A DNA stretch of 64,000 bases from Eledone cirrhosa (taxonomy: Eukaryota). The notes beneath the pieces were generated by a model that ran no database searches, had not been told where the DNA came from, and was given only the letters and a program-made list of their open reading frames with translations. The stretch is taken from assembly GCA_964016885.1 (NCBI GenBank), contig OZ024745.1, positions 78,244,001 to 78,308,000 of the forward strand, written 5' to 3'. Each line of letters starts with the position of its first letter. The first letter of the stretch is position 1. This document shows, piece after piece, positions 1-19,200 of this stretch. A program made the position numbers and the translations under genes.

Positions 1-353
1 GATGCTTTGTCAAGTGAAATATTGTATGTAAACTATCGTTCTGGGGACAGAACTGGTTTGTAAGATTTATACCTTGCAAAGTTTTTGTGCATCTTTCTCA
101 CTTTTGTAACTAGTTAATAAGAAAATGTAAATATCTCTTAACCTTTGACTCTACAATATAGTTCAATTCTGGTATGGTCACTGCCTCCGTCTCTCTCGTG
201 CGCCCCATCTCTCATTATTATATTAAAAAAATGTGGATCCACATGCTGGTACCCCGCGACCCCGGCGGACAGAAAAGAGAAGGCCATCCCCAAAATCACC
301 ACCTTTCCAACCACCAGAAAACATATAGATACAAACGTTTTACAAGGATAGTT

Positions 354-406
354 GGCTTTCCTGGTGATTTCTTTTGAATGAAACAGTTCTAGTCCTGTAG
401 AAGCCA
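354..406 (+). ncRNA. Degenerate type I hammerhead ribozyme motif
   Basis: ggctttc-CTGGTGA-tttcttttgaat-GAAA-CAG(ttctagtc)CTG-TA-gaagcca; the core carries A6>G. Confidence 0.55.
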
Positions 407-849
407 TTTCTATAGTTAAAATTATATATAACTAACTTATATATATAAGTAACTGAACATCGGATAGAATACTTTGATGTATTCGTTCCGGCTCTCTGCA
501 TTCTGAGTTCATTTCCTGCCGAGGTCAACATTGACTTTCGCCCTTTCGAGGTCGAAAAAATGTACCAGTCTAATCCGAGGGTCAACTTTTCCGCTGTATC
601 ACTTTTGTACACACATATACTCCTTCTCTCTCTATATGCTCTTTTTCTCTTCTCTTCTCACCCTTCTCCCCCTCTCTGCTCAGACCTTGAGACTATACAG
701 AGATAAGCTCTGCCCCTACAACTTCATTAGGAATTACGAGTCCATACAATACAAATACATATGGCCATAAAGCATAAATGCGTATTAATCTACGAATACA
801 GTCCCTTATAGATGTCTATATACATACATACTCACGTATATATAACTGT

Positions 850-938
<89 letters not shown>

Positions 939-942
939 ATAT

Positions 943-1435
943 TGACTACTGGGGTCGATTAGAAAACCTGAAACTTTACTCACTCCAACGTCGCCGTGAG
1001 CGTTATATTATCTGCATGATGTGGAAAATGTTCCATCATCACTGCCCAAATGATGTTGGCATCGCCTTCAAGATACACCCAAGGCTTGGGCCCCGTGCTA
1101 TCCGTCCCATTCAAAAATCTAAATCGCAACTCATAACAACAATACGGCACAATTATTTCACCTCAATCGGCCCTGCTCTCTTCAACATCACACCAGGACA
1201 CGTCAAAACAGAAACTGACCACACAAAATTCAAGAAGTCTTTGGACAAATTCCTCCAAGTAATCCCGGACAAACCACCCACACCCGGATATGTCTCCGCA
1301 AACAGTAATTCTCTTCTCGAATGGGCCATGGTGCCCAAATCCTGAATTGAAAGACTTCGCCAGGTGGTGCTATTAAGTTAGACATGCCCTGGGCCAATAC
1401 TGGCCAAAACATTTCAAAGTTATTCAAAGTTATAT
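943..1435 (+). mobile_element. 5'-truncated LINE (CR1/L2/Jockey-group) ORF2 C-terminus and 3' UTR
   Basis: DYWGRLENLKLYSLQRRRERYII...GPALFN...FKKSLDKFL is a typical RT C-terminal region; it ends in a ttcaaagtta tandem tail and is flanked by (TA)n. Confidence 0.8.
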
Positions 1436-1437
1436 GT

Positions 1438-1533
<96 letters not shown>

Positions 1534-1980
1534 CTCTATATCTCTCTATATCTCTCTATATATCTCCCTTACATTAATACTTGAGCTAAATAAATAAATA
1601 AATAAATAAATAAATGCATCATTGATACACTTACTCAAAATGACCTCCCACTACCTAATTTTTCTATATCTATATTTATATATGTATCTATCTCTATTTC
1701 CTCTCTCTCTATATATATATATATATCTCTCTTTCGGTCTCTTTACATGAAGCTCTTCGCTTTATCTATTTTTCCATCTCTCTATTTTGTCCCATGCATT
1801 TCTTCTTTTTCTTCTTTTTCTTCCTTTTCTTCGTTTTGTCTTTCTTTCTTTCTTATTTCCCTCTTTTCTCTCTCTCTTTCTTTCTCTCTGTATTTTCACT
1901 GCTAGAGTGAACCTCTTCAAATGAAGTTGATGTTTATTACGGTATGTCGAATATATTTATCTATAAAACTGTTTATATTG

Positions 1981-2046
1981 TATTTTGTCTGATGAAGGCA
2001 TAGCATATTGTTAATATGATATCCCCGAAATATATATAATGAAATA
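1981..2046 (+). ncRNA. Type I hammerhead ribozyme motif in a PLE-like terminal repeat remnant
   Basis: tattttgt-CTGATGA-stem II (catatt/aatatg core)-GAAA-TATATA-TA-atgaaata; stem I is 8 bp with two G-U pairs. Confidence 0.6.
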
Positions 2047-2176
2047 AATATGGTTTTATAAATATAGTTTTCCATTTATTTAATATTGTAAATATACTCC
2101 AAGTATTTGTCGAGTGCTTTTATATCAGTTATAAATATTTACTAGTTGTAACCCAACAATTTTAAATATAACTTTA

Positions 2177-2913
<737 letters not shown>

Positions 2914-2960
2914 GAATTAGTTTTGCGAGGTTTTTTATATGAAATCGTGTGTCGAAACAG

Positions 2961-3365
2961 ATATTGTTATATTTGGGGAGGGTCATATTTGCGTAATATT
3001 GCCAGAATTAATAACAGAACACACTCACTGTTTGTTAAATAAATATATAGACAGACTGAACAAAAAAAATGGCGTAGACATACAACACAACAGGAGGAAC
3101 AATGAATATAACACCACTGACGATGTTGCAGATGTGCAACGAAAGATTTATGTAAACTATATATATATGTGTTTGTCTATATTGTATCTGTATTATTTTT
3201 GACCGCCGGTCAGTCAATGGCAACATTGAGGACCGAGTAAGTTAGATCGCAGATATATATATATAAAAGACAGCGAGAAGCGAAAACCAACCAAACAGTG
3301 AGTGTGTTCTGTTATTAATTCTGGCAATATTACGCAAATATGACCCTCCCCAAATATAACAATAT
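2961..3365. mobile_element. PLE-like remnant with 74-bp inverted arms and a partial hammerhead
   Basis: 2961-3034 is the reverse complement of 3292-3365; CTGACGA-tgttgca(gatg)tgcaac-GAAA at 3117-3144; related sequence near 24825-24880. Confidence 0.6.
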
Positions 3366-3741
<376 letters not shown>

Positions 3742-4438
3742 AGATAAATCTACCAAGAGTTTACGGTAGTGTCCAATCCGTATGAAGAACTCAATGTATT
3801 CCGGATATCATGGAAAGAAGAGATGTAATGAAAAATCACTTTCGGTGAAAGATAAACGGTATACAGAGTCAAGATAAAATATTAAACAAATAATGAATAA
3901 ACAATGAGACAGTTCCTTATATTAAACAAAAATACTGAATACTGACCTCTCCCCCCCCCCTCCCACCTAATTTCTGTATCTTGATCTAAATGTGTGTGCC
4001 AGTGTTTATGTGAGTGAATTAATATCCATGTGCTTATGATTTTATATCCACATATATATATGTGAGTTGGGGTGTGTGTGTGTTTGTATGTTCGTGGTTA
4101 TGTGTATATTTATGCATATACGCGCGTGTATGTGTGATTGTACGGATATGTGTGAGTATGAAAATATATCTATACACTTATTTCATATTTGTGTGTCTAT
4201 ACGCATCTTATCTGTGCATTATAAACTTACAGAGACATTAACCTTGAAATTTTGTATTTGCATCCATCCTTTTAGTATGCGTATACAAGTTATGCATACA
4301 TTTTTGTAAAATATGTGTAAGGGTTTTACATGTATATACACACACCGAACTGCATTAAACCTTTTGTATTTTCATTGGTCAATTTTGTTCCCAAACGGAC
4401 CTGAAATTTTGAATTGTTGTTATTATCAATAAATATAC

Positions 4439-4592
4439 TTCATTATTTCTGAAGACGGCGTATATATGTGTTGGTATGTATATTTAATCTTGATAGTTTG
4501 TATAATTTTGTATAATTTTGTACATAGATCTGTTGAATATGCATGCCAATTCTAACACATATATATCCTAGAAACGATCGTTAAATAATGAA
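4439..4592 (+). ncRNA. Type I hammerhead ribozyme with a long stem II
   Basis: Perfect 10-bp stem I (ttcattattt/aaataatgaa), CTGAAGA at 4449-4455, stem II base tatatatgtgttgg/ctaacacatatata, then GAAA-CGATCG-TT. Confidence 0.75.
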
Positions 4593-4654
4593 CTTTTTTT
4601 GTTTAATATAAGGAACTGTCTCATTGTTTATTCATTATTTGTTTAATATTTTAT

Positions 4655-9652
<4,998 letters not shown>

Positions 9653-10240
9653 GGTGCTACTGGTAACATGTATCCCAGTACAACCTGTCCCATGGTCGGG
9701 TCGTTGGCGACTAAACTGGCAACCCCACCAAGGTTTCTTGGTGAGGAGGGTGACTTTGGACATCCTGCAGGACTAAAAACAAAACCTGTCAAAGGGCAAA
9801 GGAGCTCTTAAGAGTCAATGGCCATCCAAAATCACCGGGAGAGATGACCCCTTAGCCTTTGTCAAGGCAGAATTCTAGGAGAAGGAAAACTCTGATATAA
9901 CACCTGCAACCCTGATGGTATCCAATGATGTTGACTTGTTCTTCTTTTTGGTAAATATCATCTTGGTTAAGAGAGTGGGACTGGCTTTGTGCAGTGCCTT
10001 TGCTCACTATAAAAGCTTCACGGCACAGGCATTGCTTTATATCTGGAGATCTCTCTGCACTTGTCGTCACATGGTACCATGGGCCCAGCACTATGTGTCA
10101 GTAATTGTCACAAGTGTTTGTACCAGAGTTTTCAAGTCGCTGGCTGGACTAAAAAGTCACACTCGTTCAGCGCATCGGTAGGGGTTCTCCTACATGGATA
10201 TAAAGTAGTGGCCGTACTCGAAAACGAGTTGGCAGCCACC

Positions 10241-10242
<2 letters not shown>
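9653..10242 (+). mobile_element. Non-autonomous RTE-derived element (RTE-like 5' UTR fused to 3' zinc-finger end)
   Basis: RTE-type 5' UTR motif ggagaaggaaaactctg; the 3' end encodes [21 protein letters not shown]; second copy inverted at 58008-58417. Confidence 0.7.
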
Positions 10243-10276
<34 letters not shown>

Positions 10277-10289
10277 GTATATATATATG

Positions 10290-10382
<93 letters not shown>

Positions 10383-10425
10383 GTATATATATATATGTAT
10401 ATATATATATGTATATATATATATG

Positions 10426-10508
<83 letters not shown>

Positions 10509-10523
10509 GTATATATATATATG

Positions 10524-10569
<46 letters not shown>

Positions 10570-10977
10570 CATATATGTATATATGTATATATATATATGT
10601 ATATATATGTATATATATATATGTATATATATATATGTATATATATATATGTATATATATATATGTATATATATATATATGTATATATATATATGTATAT
10701 ATATATATATGTATATATATATATGTATATATATATATATGTATATATATATATGTATATATATATATGTATATATATATATGTGTATATATATATATGT
10801 ATATATATATATGTATATATATATATGTGTATATATATATATGTGTATATATATATATGTATATATATATATGTGTATATATATATATGTATATATATAT
10901 ATGTATATATATATATGTGTATATATATATATGTATATATATATATGTGTATATATATATATGTATATATATATATG

Positions 10978-11039
<62 letters not shown>

Positions 11040-11063
11040 CATATATGTATATATATATATGTA

Positions 11064-11119
<56 letters not shown>

Positions 11120-11227
11120 CATATATGTATATATATATACATATATGTATATATATATACATATATGTATATATATATACATATATGTATATATATATAC
11201 ATATATGTATATATATATACATATATG

Positions 11228-11288
<61 letters not shown>

Positions 11289-11379
11289 GTATATATGTAT
11301 ATATGTATATATGTATATATATATATGTATATATGTATATATATATATGTATATATGTATATATATATATGTATATATG

Positions 11380-11474
<95 letters not shown>

Positions 11475-11537
11475 GTATATATGTATATATATATATACAT
11501 ATATGTATATGTGTACAGTTATATATACGTGAGTATG

Positions 11538-11584
<47 letters not shown>
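10243..11584. repeat. (TA)n/(TATG)n microsatellite
   Basis: Directly visible. Confidence 0.97.
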
Positions 11585-11586
<2 letters not shown>

Positions 11587-12071
11587 GGAAAAAATGAAAC
11601 GAAATTTCATTTCACACTCTTAGTACGGCTGTTACTTAAATATAAGTATGTATACGTACATACATATATGTATACAGACGTACAGTAGTATGTATATATA
11701 TATACATACATGCACGCATATAAATATGTACGTATGGATTCACCGAACATTTATTATAATGCTCGGTGTGTTTGTAAACAAACATCCCGAATTAAGCCGT
11801 ACAGTGTCTAGAAACCATCGTTGCTCATTTGTTCAACACTGACAAAGAAGCGCTGTACTAGTATACCTCCCTACCAGATGATTGAACGTCTGAAAGTATA
11901 TACTTTCCTTATGCATATTAACGGCTGGGCAGCCTAATTTGCATATCGAGTGAGTTAATCGGCCGGGGTACCGAAAACGATAAACGGAAAAAATGAAACG
12001 AAATTTCATTTCTCACTCTTAGTACGGCTGTTACTTAAATATACATACTACTGTACGTCTGTATACATATA
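11585..12071. repeat. Repeat-family remnant with internal direct and inverted copies
   Basis: About 57-bp direct repeat (11585-11641, 11984-12040); inverted tatacagacgtacagtag motif; same family at 61133-61476. Confidence 0.6.
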
Positions 12072-12089
12072 TTTATGTTAGTGTACATA

Positions 12090-12132
<43 letters not shown>

Positions 12133-12164
12133 ACAGTTATATATACGTGAGTATCTATGTAAGT

Positions 12165-12225
<61 letters not shown>

Positions 12226-13439
12226 CATACACAACCACACACAATATTACTGAATTACGATGGTATATACACACACAGAATGCACGCCTGTATGTTTACA
12301 AAGGTTTTCCAATATCTGCATGTGTACATGTCTATTTAGTGAACTAATAAATTGTATGAGTGCATGGATATTTGCATGAAGTAGTATGACACATAATAAG
12401 GGAGAGGGGTGGATAGTATATTAAAAAATAACATAAATTAGTACTTAAATAAACACTATATATATATATATATATAACAATTCTAATTCTGGTAAAGTTA
12501 AATTTAAAAATATAACTTAATATTATGCCAAGTAAAAGTAAATTTAGTTGGTAAATAAATAAGGGGTTAATTATGCGAAGTATAAGGATATATATATGTA
12601 TGTGTGGATAAGAAAAGCTAAAATGCAGTTTGTTAGAAAAGAAAGACTAACTAGGTTGCAAAGAAATACTACATGTTTGTATGTATAAAGTCACAGGAAA
12701 GATGTGTCGAAACGTCATTGAAGGTATTAGCAATGGTGAATCCTATCCGAGTGTTTGTATTGTAGGGACTTCATTGATTTGTTGGTTAAATATATCATGC
12801 ACTAAGTCAGAGAAATTATAGCATTACTTTAACTGTTGGGTGTGAAAATTGCTTATAATGGGCTAAAAGTTATAAAATTTATGTTGGCAAGAGGACATTC
12901 TTTTGAGGGTAAGAACATTCGCGAAAATAATTTCTAAATGTTCGGATGTGCAAAGGATATAGAGTGGTTCATTTGTTTTTGTTGCTTGTCGGAACTGGGT
13001 TACGTTAGTGAAAATATTCCACGTTTAGACTTCAAATCCCTGGTTTAGATGAAAATGACGTGTATTTTTCCAGACTATGTTTACGAGAAATCTGTGGGCA
13101 GGCTGATAGTAGTGGGATTTAAAACATGTAGAGATGAGGTCAATAATTACTTTAATGGAATTAGTAGTAAACTTTATACTTCACAAAGGCAATTACAATT
13201 TAAGAGACAATAAATTGGGTTGATACAAATGAATGCATTAGCTATTAGATGTGCGTCTATTTTGGTTCAGTTTAGAATTCAGCGTAATGGGATGCAAGAT
13301 ATTCAGTGGTGCTTCTGTTGAAGATTAGTGGTGTATTGAGGATGTTTCTCGAAAAGAATTAATGATTTGTAAAGCACATATGCTAAACCCTAAATTTCCG
13401 CCTTCAGCTTCGTCATATACGATACTAAAACTGGACATT

Positions 13440-13878
13440 ATTTTAAACGCATGTAACGTTATAGTGAAATAACACATCTCAACTTCCACGTTTTAAAATA
13501 GTCTATTAACCCATTTAATGTTAACTTAAGTACCATCGTTTCTACTGAATTTAATGTACATCTAGATATATTATTGCTGCCTAACTTGAAAAATGCGTTC
13601 CATTATAAGGATAATAGATTATATCGAGATGACGGTATTTGTCTAAAATTTTAATCCAAAGCAAATTCATAAACTTGAAAAAAAATGTATATCTTTCTTC
13701 AAAAAGTTTGTATATTCGCTGGAATCTAAACTCCTAACCATTAATTTCTGAGATGTTACTCTTAACCTACAAAATGTCTTTATACTATCTGCATCGCAAG
13801 TCCTGTGGATCTTTAAGCTATATAAGTAAACACTCTAACCACTGTAATAATATTATTTACAGCCTGGTTAAAATGATA
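13440..13878 (+). mobile_element. Decayed Penelope-like element reverse transcriptase fragment
   Basis: LYRDDG at 13619-13636, then NF*DVTLNL and SYISKHSNH...SLVKMI, matching PLE RT/thumb motifs, with stops and frameshifts. Confidence 0.8.
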
Positions 13879-14201
13879 CGTGTGTGTGTGTGTGTTTGCA
13901 TTTATGTATGCATGTTTCCATCTTTAGGTAGGTATGAACAGGTATGCATATTCGTTTATTAGCGTGAATAATTATTTATGTGTATGCATGAATATCTATT
14001 TGCATCCGACTTTACTTATAGAGTAATATATACATGTGCGAGGGCATAGACACGTCAATACGCGTTTATGTGTTCGTAGATGTATATCTGTTTATGTATT
14101 GTCTACATATATGTAGATATGTTCATTCGTATATGTATATATATATGTGTGCGTGTATATGTGCATATGTATGTGATTAAATTATGACTCCCTTTAGGCT
14201 G

Positions 14202-14240
<39 letters not shown>

Positions 14241-15101
14241 TTGGGGGAGGTAAATGGTTACATAAACAAACATACGATTGGATATGACGTTTGTATACAT
14301 GTTTGAATGCCTGCCTGTTTAGTACGACATACTCCTACTTTTGCAGATTCATATATTTATAATAAGGCTACATCACCTCTGTCCCTTATTAGCTCTTCAA
14401 ACTTTTTAGTCCTCTTTCCTGTTTTTCATGTCGGTTCCCTCTCCCAAGTATGTAACTTTCATCTTCTAATTCAAAGATTTACTTGACTTCCATTTACTAA
14501 TTCTATATCTTTGTATCTACTTAATTCATTTTCATCACAATCCACAATAATGTTAGCTATTCTTATTTTATATGCTTAAAATTATTTTCTCAATTTTTTT
14601 TCATAAACAGATTTCATTCCAATTTATTTATTGTAGATATATTTAGATATTTTTTCTGATTTCTGTACTCTCTTTAACTTAGCATACGTTCTCCTCTCAC
14701 AATTTTATCATGTCCAATTTCTTTTAATTCTACTGAATTATAATATCCATAATTCACTTACAACCTTTACACTCAAACCATTCGTATTTTCCCACCTCTC
14801 CAACTTATAACAATCGCTCTCTTTCAATTCGAGTCAGAACACATGATTAGCTTTTTATCTAAATACTAAATTTAATGGTCAAAAGCTTCATGTTATTCTC
14901 ATTAAATCCAAATCCATTGCGGATCTTTGTAATGTAGAATTTATAGACTTACGCAACAATATTTTCACGTTTTATAAACGATAACTCGATCTTCCCCTCC
15001 CCACCTCTTTGCATTCTTCTTATTTTTCTCCTTCGAAACATATTAACAATCCAACAATAAATTTTTTTAATATGTTCTGAAATCAATGAGGAATTAAACA
15101 G

Positions 15102-15139
<38 letters not shown>

Positions 15140-15141
<2 letters not shown>

Positions 15142-15234
15142 GGGTGTCCCAAAAAATGTACGCAAACTTCAACAGCATTCAAATAAATATTGCCTGTACA
15201 AATAAAGTGTGTATGCATTTTTTTAGGACACCTG

Positions 15235-15235
<1 letters not shown>
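15140..15235. mobile_element. Tc1/mariner-type MITE (~96 bp)
   Basis: Imperfect terminal inverted repeats cagggtgtcccaaaaaatg / catttttttaggacacctgg, within TA-rich microsatellite. Confidence 0.65.
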
Positions 15236-15269
<34 letters not shown>

Positions 15270-15272
<3 letters not shown>

Positions 15273-15460
15273 CGAAGGAATTGTGGTAAGGAACCAGATG
15301 GACCATAACGCACCAGAGTACTCAATACTTAGGGTAGTAGAGTGGGTAATAGGAAAAGGTATGACCCCGACGGCAGAGCTCAAGCCGTTTCGAGGGCTAT
15401 TTCTGGACTCAGCCGTCGAAACGGCTTGAGCTCTGCCGTCGGGGTCATACCTTTTTCCTA
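15270..15460. mobile_element. PLE-like end with a ~44-bp inverted repeat carrying the 3' half of a hammerhead
   Basis: Arms 15350-15393 and 15416-15460; GAAA-CGGC(ttgagctct)GCCG-TC-ggggtc; same family at 56810-56910. Confidence 0.6.
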
Positions 15461-15477
15461 TATATATATATATCCTG

Positions 15478-15672
15478 ATGATTCAAGCCGGGCATCAACA
15501 TTCCACACACATGACAGCTGCTCAATGCTCTTTCAACACGGTGAAAGCAATAAGACGTCAAATGAAGAGCTGCAATGGAAACTACAAGACTGTGGCTTGT
15601 AGGAAAGAAAACAGCAGATGTTCTCTTTGCCTCCATACACCAGAATTTATCCAACAACTGAAGAAAGTGATG
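15478..15672 (+). mobile_element. Tc1/mariner-like transposase N-terminal (HTH) fragment
   Basis: IQAGH...AAQCSFNTVKAIRRQM...RKENSRCSLCLHTPEFIQQLKK resembles the Tc1/mariner DNA-binding region and linker; no DDD/E domain present. Confidence 0.5.
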
Positions 15673-16209
15673 TCATTTGCGGGTCATGGTCATTCAATAC
15701 AATGTAGAAGAGATGGCTCTCTTCTGTAAAGAAGTGGCAGTTATCATATATATGTACAAATCTGTGTGTGTGTGTGTGTGTGTGTAAGCGGAAACAACAA
15801 AGCAAACAACACACTACAATGAACGAAAGATATTATTTTAACGTCTGATATAGTAGGCAACTGTCTTTACATTCCGGACTCTAATCTTTCATCAGAAAAT
15901 AGAATGAGAAATAAAAGATGAACTAGAAGTGAGATAGGTAGAGAGTGAGAAAAGGAAGGAACGGATTATTTTTCTTTATTTCCTGAGAAATAACACATGC
16001 GTATTCAGTCAGCCATATTTATATATAATTTCTTTGAAGTTTTTAATATATAAAAATGGTTATGATTTTGATAAATTTTATATTTCAGAGTTCATATTTT
16101 CTAATTACCTTTCCTTTATGTCTTAATGAGATTTTTCATGTCTCTATTTCTCTCAGTATGTCCTTATAAAACATTGTGGAAATTATTTATGCAATTTTTT
16201 TTTCTGTAG

Positions 16210-16275
16210 TCTGATTTTGGAAGTGGATCAGGAAGTGGACGTGATGAAATAATAGTACCCACGAATTATCCTAAT
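16210..16275 (+). CDS. Multiplexin exon, [22 protein letters not shown]
   Basis: tttctgtag acceptor, gtaagt donor, phase 0-0; GSGSG glycosaminoglycan motif typical of the linker before the collagenous region. Confidence 0.8.
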
Positions 16276-19200
16276 GTAAGTACAACATTTTTTTAATGGA
16301 TAATATTTGTTTCCATTTTATAAGAGCAATCATCATTTCATCTTGCAAGTAACTCTGGAATACTTAGCTTCATCTGCCGTAAATATTTTTAATCGTTGCA
16401 CGAAGTTATTTCTCTAACAATAACTTTCTCAAGCTAGTTAACATATTAGCGTCCCACCTCGTGTCTTAAAATCTAATCTGCACGCTGCATTTTATTGTCT
16501 TGTTGAGCAGAACAATTTAATGTGGATTAGTTGGATCGGTAGAGCATCGGACAAAATGTTTTACGTTATTTACGACTTTCTATGTCTTGTGTTTAAATTC
16601 TGTCGATGTCAATTTCACCTTTCATCTTTCTCGAGTTGATAAAATCAAGTATCCATCAACTAACGAGTGCGATAGAATAAAGTACCAATTAAATAGTGAG
16701 GTGGATATAATAGACTTTTCTTTTCCCACATGGTGGACATTGTTCGTAAATTAGAAATCATTATCATCATCATCATTACCATCATCTTCATCATCATTAC
16801 CGTCATCTTCATCAGATTTTCTATTGGGCATGCATTTATCTTGGATAAACTAAGCGGGACAGATATACATCTGCTAATCACTTCCCTTGTGAAAGGAAAT
16901 GCATTCAACACAGAAATCCGCCAAATACCCATGTTCTTGTGGAATTAATGCTGTTGCATAGAAAATTCAACTCGACTTTTGATATTAAATGATTTGTATA
17001 TAAATACAACTCACTATCTGATACACGTCACCCGTTAACTGATACTCAGTCGTTTTAATTTAATTCCTCACTATCTTATTTCACTTTGTTTTATACTCTC
17101 TCTCTGTATAATTTCTCTAAAAAAATCTTTTTTACGTTTCCTCCACTACCCGTCTCCACAATCTTTCAATTTATTCTTTAATTTCATATATTTATGGGGG
17201 AGAGCGTGTAGATGCATTCACACACTCATCCTACATACACGTGAAAATATACACCCACACACAATCATACGCACTCATATATAGAAACAACAGAAAACAA
17301 CCCACCACACACACACACCTCTATTTAATGGTACGAAAACCGCAATTAAACATCAACCTTATGGATCTTAGAAAATTGCTACTATGGCTCAACTTTATTC
17401 AAATATAATATATAATTATTTAAGTACAACTTATATAAATATCTAATCATAAATTCACTTATTTGTTCTACGAGAATGAACCTATTCAAGAATAAAAGGA
17501 AACACCCTTTCAATCTATGTTCGATATTTTCCATACAGCTAAAATGTAAAGTAAACTTTAATATTTACTGTAAATTAAAATTGAACGAACTCCTTATATA
17601 ATCATATTCAGCAAGGTGATGTTTTTCTATGATACCTTAAACATTTTGACTATTCAAATTAGATTCCATTAAAATTATCTAATATCATTGATCATTACAT
17701 AAAAGTAAGACATAATCTCCTTGATTCATGTTTTAAATTCAGCTTAATGATATTTCACTTGATGCTATTCTTTGTGATATATACATTTTCTTTAAGATTT
17801 GGGTTTGTTTTTGTCTGCATACCAATCAACTTTACAATATCAACACAATTGATAAACAAATAATTATTTTTACTGTTCTTTTACAATGTTTTATCATGCT
17901 TCAGCTTCCTTTGAGAACAGAAATCGAGTTTTTGTATTCAAAATATATAACATTTACAAACTTTATGGCGATACATTAAAAACAATCTAGGAGGATACGT
18001 CTAGTATGCTATGAAGACTTATTTACAATATTGTTTTATATCAGCGTAGTTTATTTACCATGAGGTTCTTTTTTTTTTTTAAAGCAGCATTATATGGTTC
18101 CAACTCGTTACTAGCCTCTTGGCGTATGCTATCTTTGAACAAGCGAAGTCACTGACAATTGTGTTCAGTTATAACATCCGGTTGTGGCGTTCTCTTTGTT
18201 ACCAGAAAACAATAAAACTGCTATTAGATCAGCGACAACTAATCCCGCTAAACTTACTTCTTTTGTTTGCGACGAGTATTAAAACCCTATTGTTTGTGTT
18301 ATATATATAACAACAGCTCATTTGTTATTGCCCGTCTCACCAAACAGAAATCAAATGCCGACTACAATATATAAAATACGCATCATTCGATCTTTCTTCC
18401 AGCCGGAAACTGAGACTACACACGCACATATAAAACAGACGATATTGACGAATCAGACACATTATCAAAAGCATTCTATCCGTGACTATCCAGTCTTTCG
18501 TTTCAAACTATTCTTCCATATTTATAGAAGTACGATATGCTTTGGGGAAGATTTGACTGCGATGTGTTAGGGGGTAGACTTACTTTGTTACCTTTCACGA
18601 AGTTTACTCTGACAAACATTTAAACCAAGTCTATGAACTAAAAATAGATGCATTGCTTCTTACATCAGGCTTTGTTTTTTTACTCCCATTTGATGTCACT
18701 AGTCTCAGACACTTTACAAATGTCATTCAGGGATGTAAAAATAGCAATAGTGGAAACAAGCTATTGGGAACGTTAAATGGGGAAAGTTGTTCGAATATAA
18801 ACATTTTGAAAAATATGAAATAAATCTATAAAGGAATAAGGGAAATGTAAACAAGGTGTTAGTTATGCAAAAAGGTATGTTAAAGTTCAAAAAGCAAGCT
18901 TACAAAATGAAATTTTGTGTTGATTAAGTTGTGTTTTAAAGGGCGGTTAAGCTGATATCGGAAAATGAGATAAAATTGGTTTTACTCTAATGCAATAGAC
19001 AATTTTATTTGCAAGGAATTTTCTTTAAGGGGAAATGTATATTAGCATTGATACAATTACACTTTGGAGAGTTCTCATAACTATTTTGAATTTTCACTTT
19101 TAAAAGCTAGACATAGCAACTGCTTCAGAAAATGGTAGATTGCAAAATAGGAAATTTTATATTTTTGCGATTTATTAATTTATGGCTTTTATGATAAGAG

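Noticed and set aside
1-59. Possible exon tail DALSSEILYVNYRSGDRTG followed by gtaaga
   Set aside because: The acceptor is outside the window, the donor would be phase 2 while the next traced exon is phase 0, and no linking exon was found; unresolved.
1906-1941. 36-nt open AG-GT segment (SEPLQMKLMFIT) after a pyrimidine tract
   Set aside because: It lies within a PLE-like repeat remnant and shows no multiplexin similarity.
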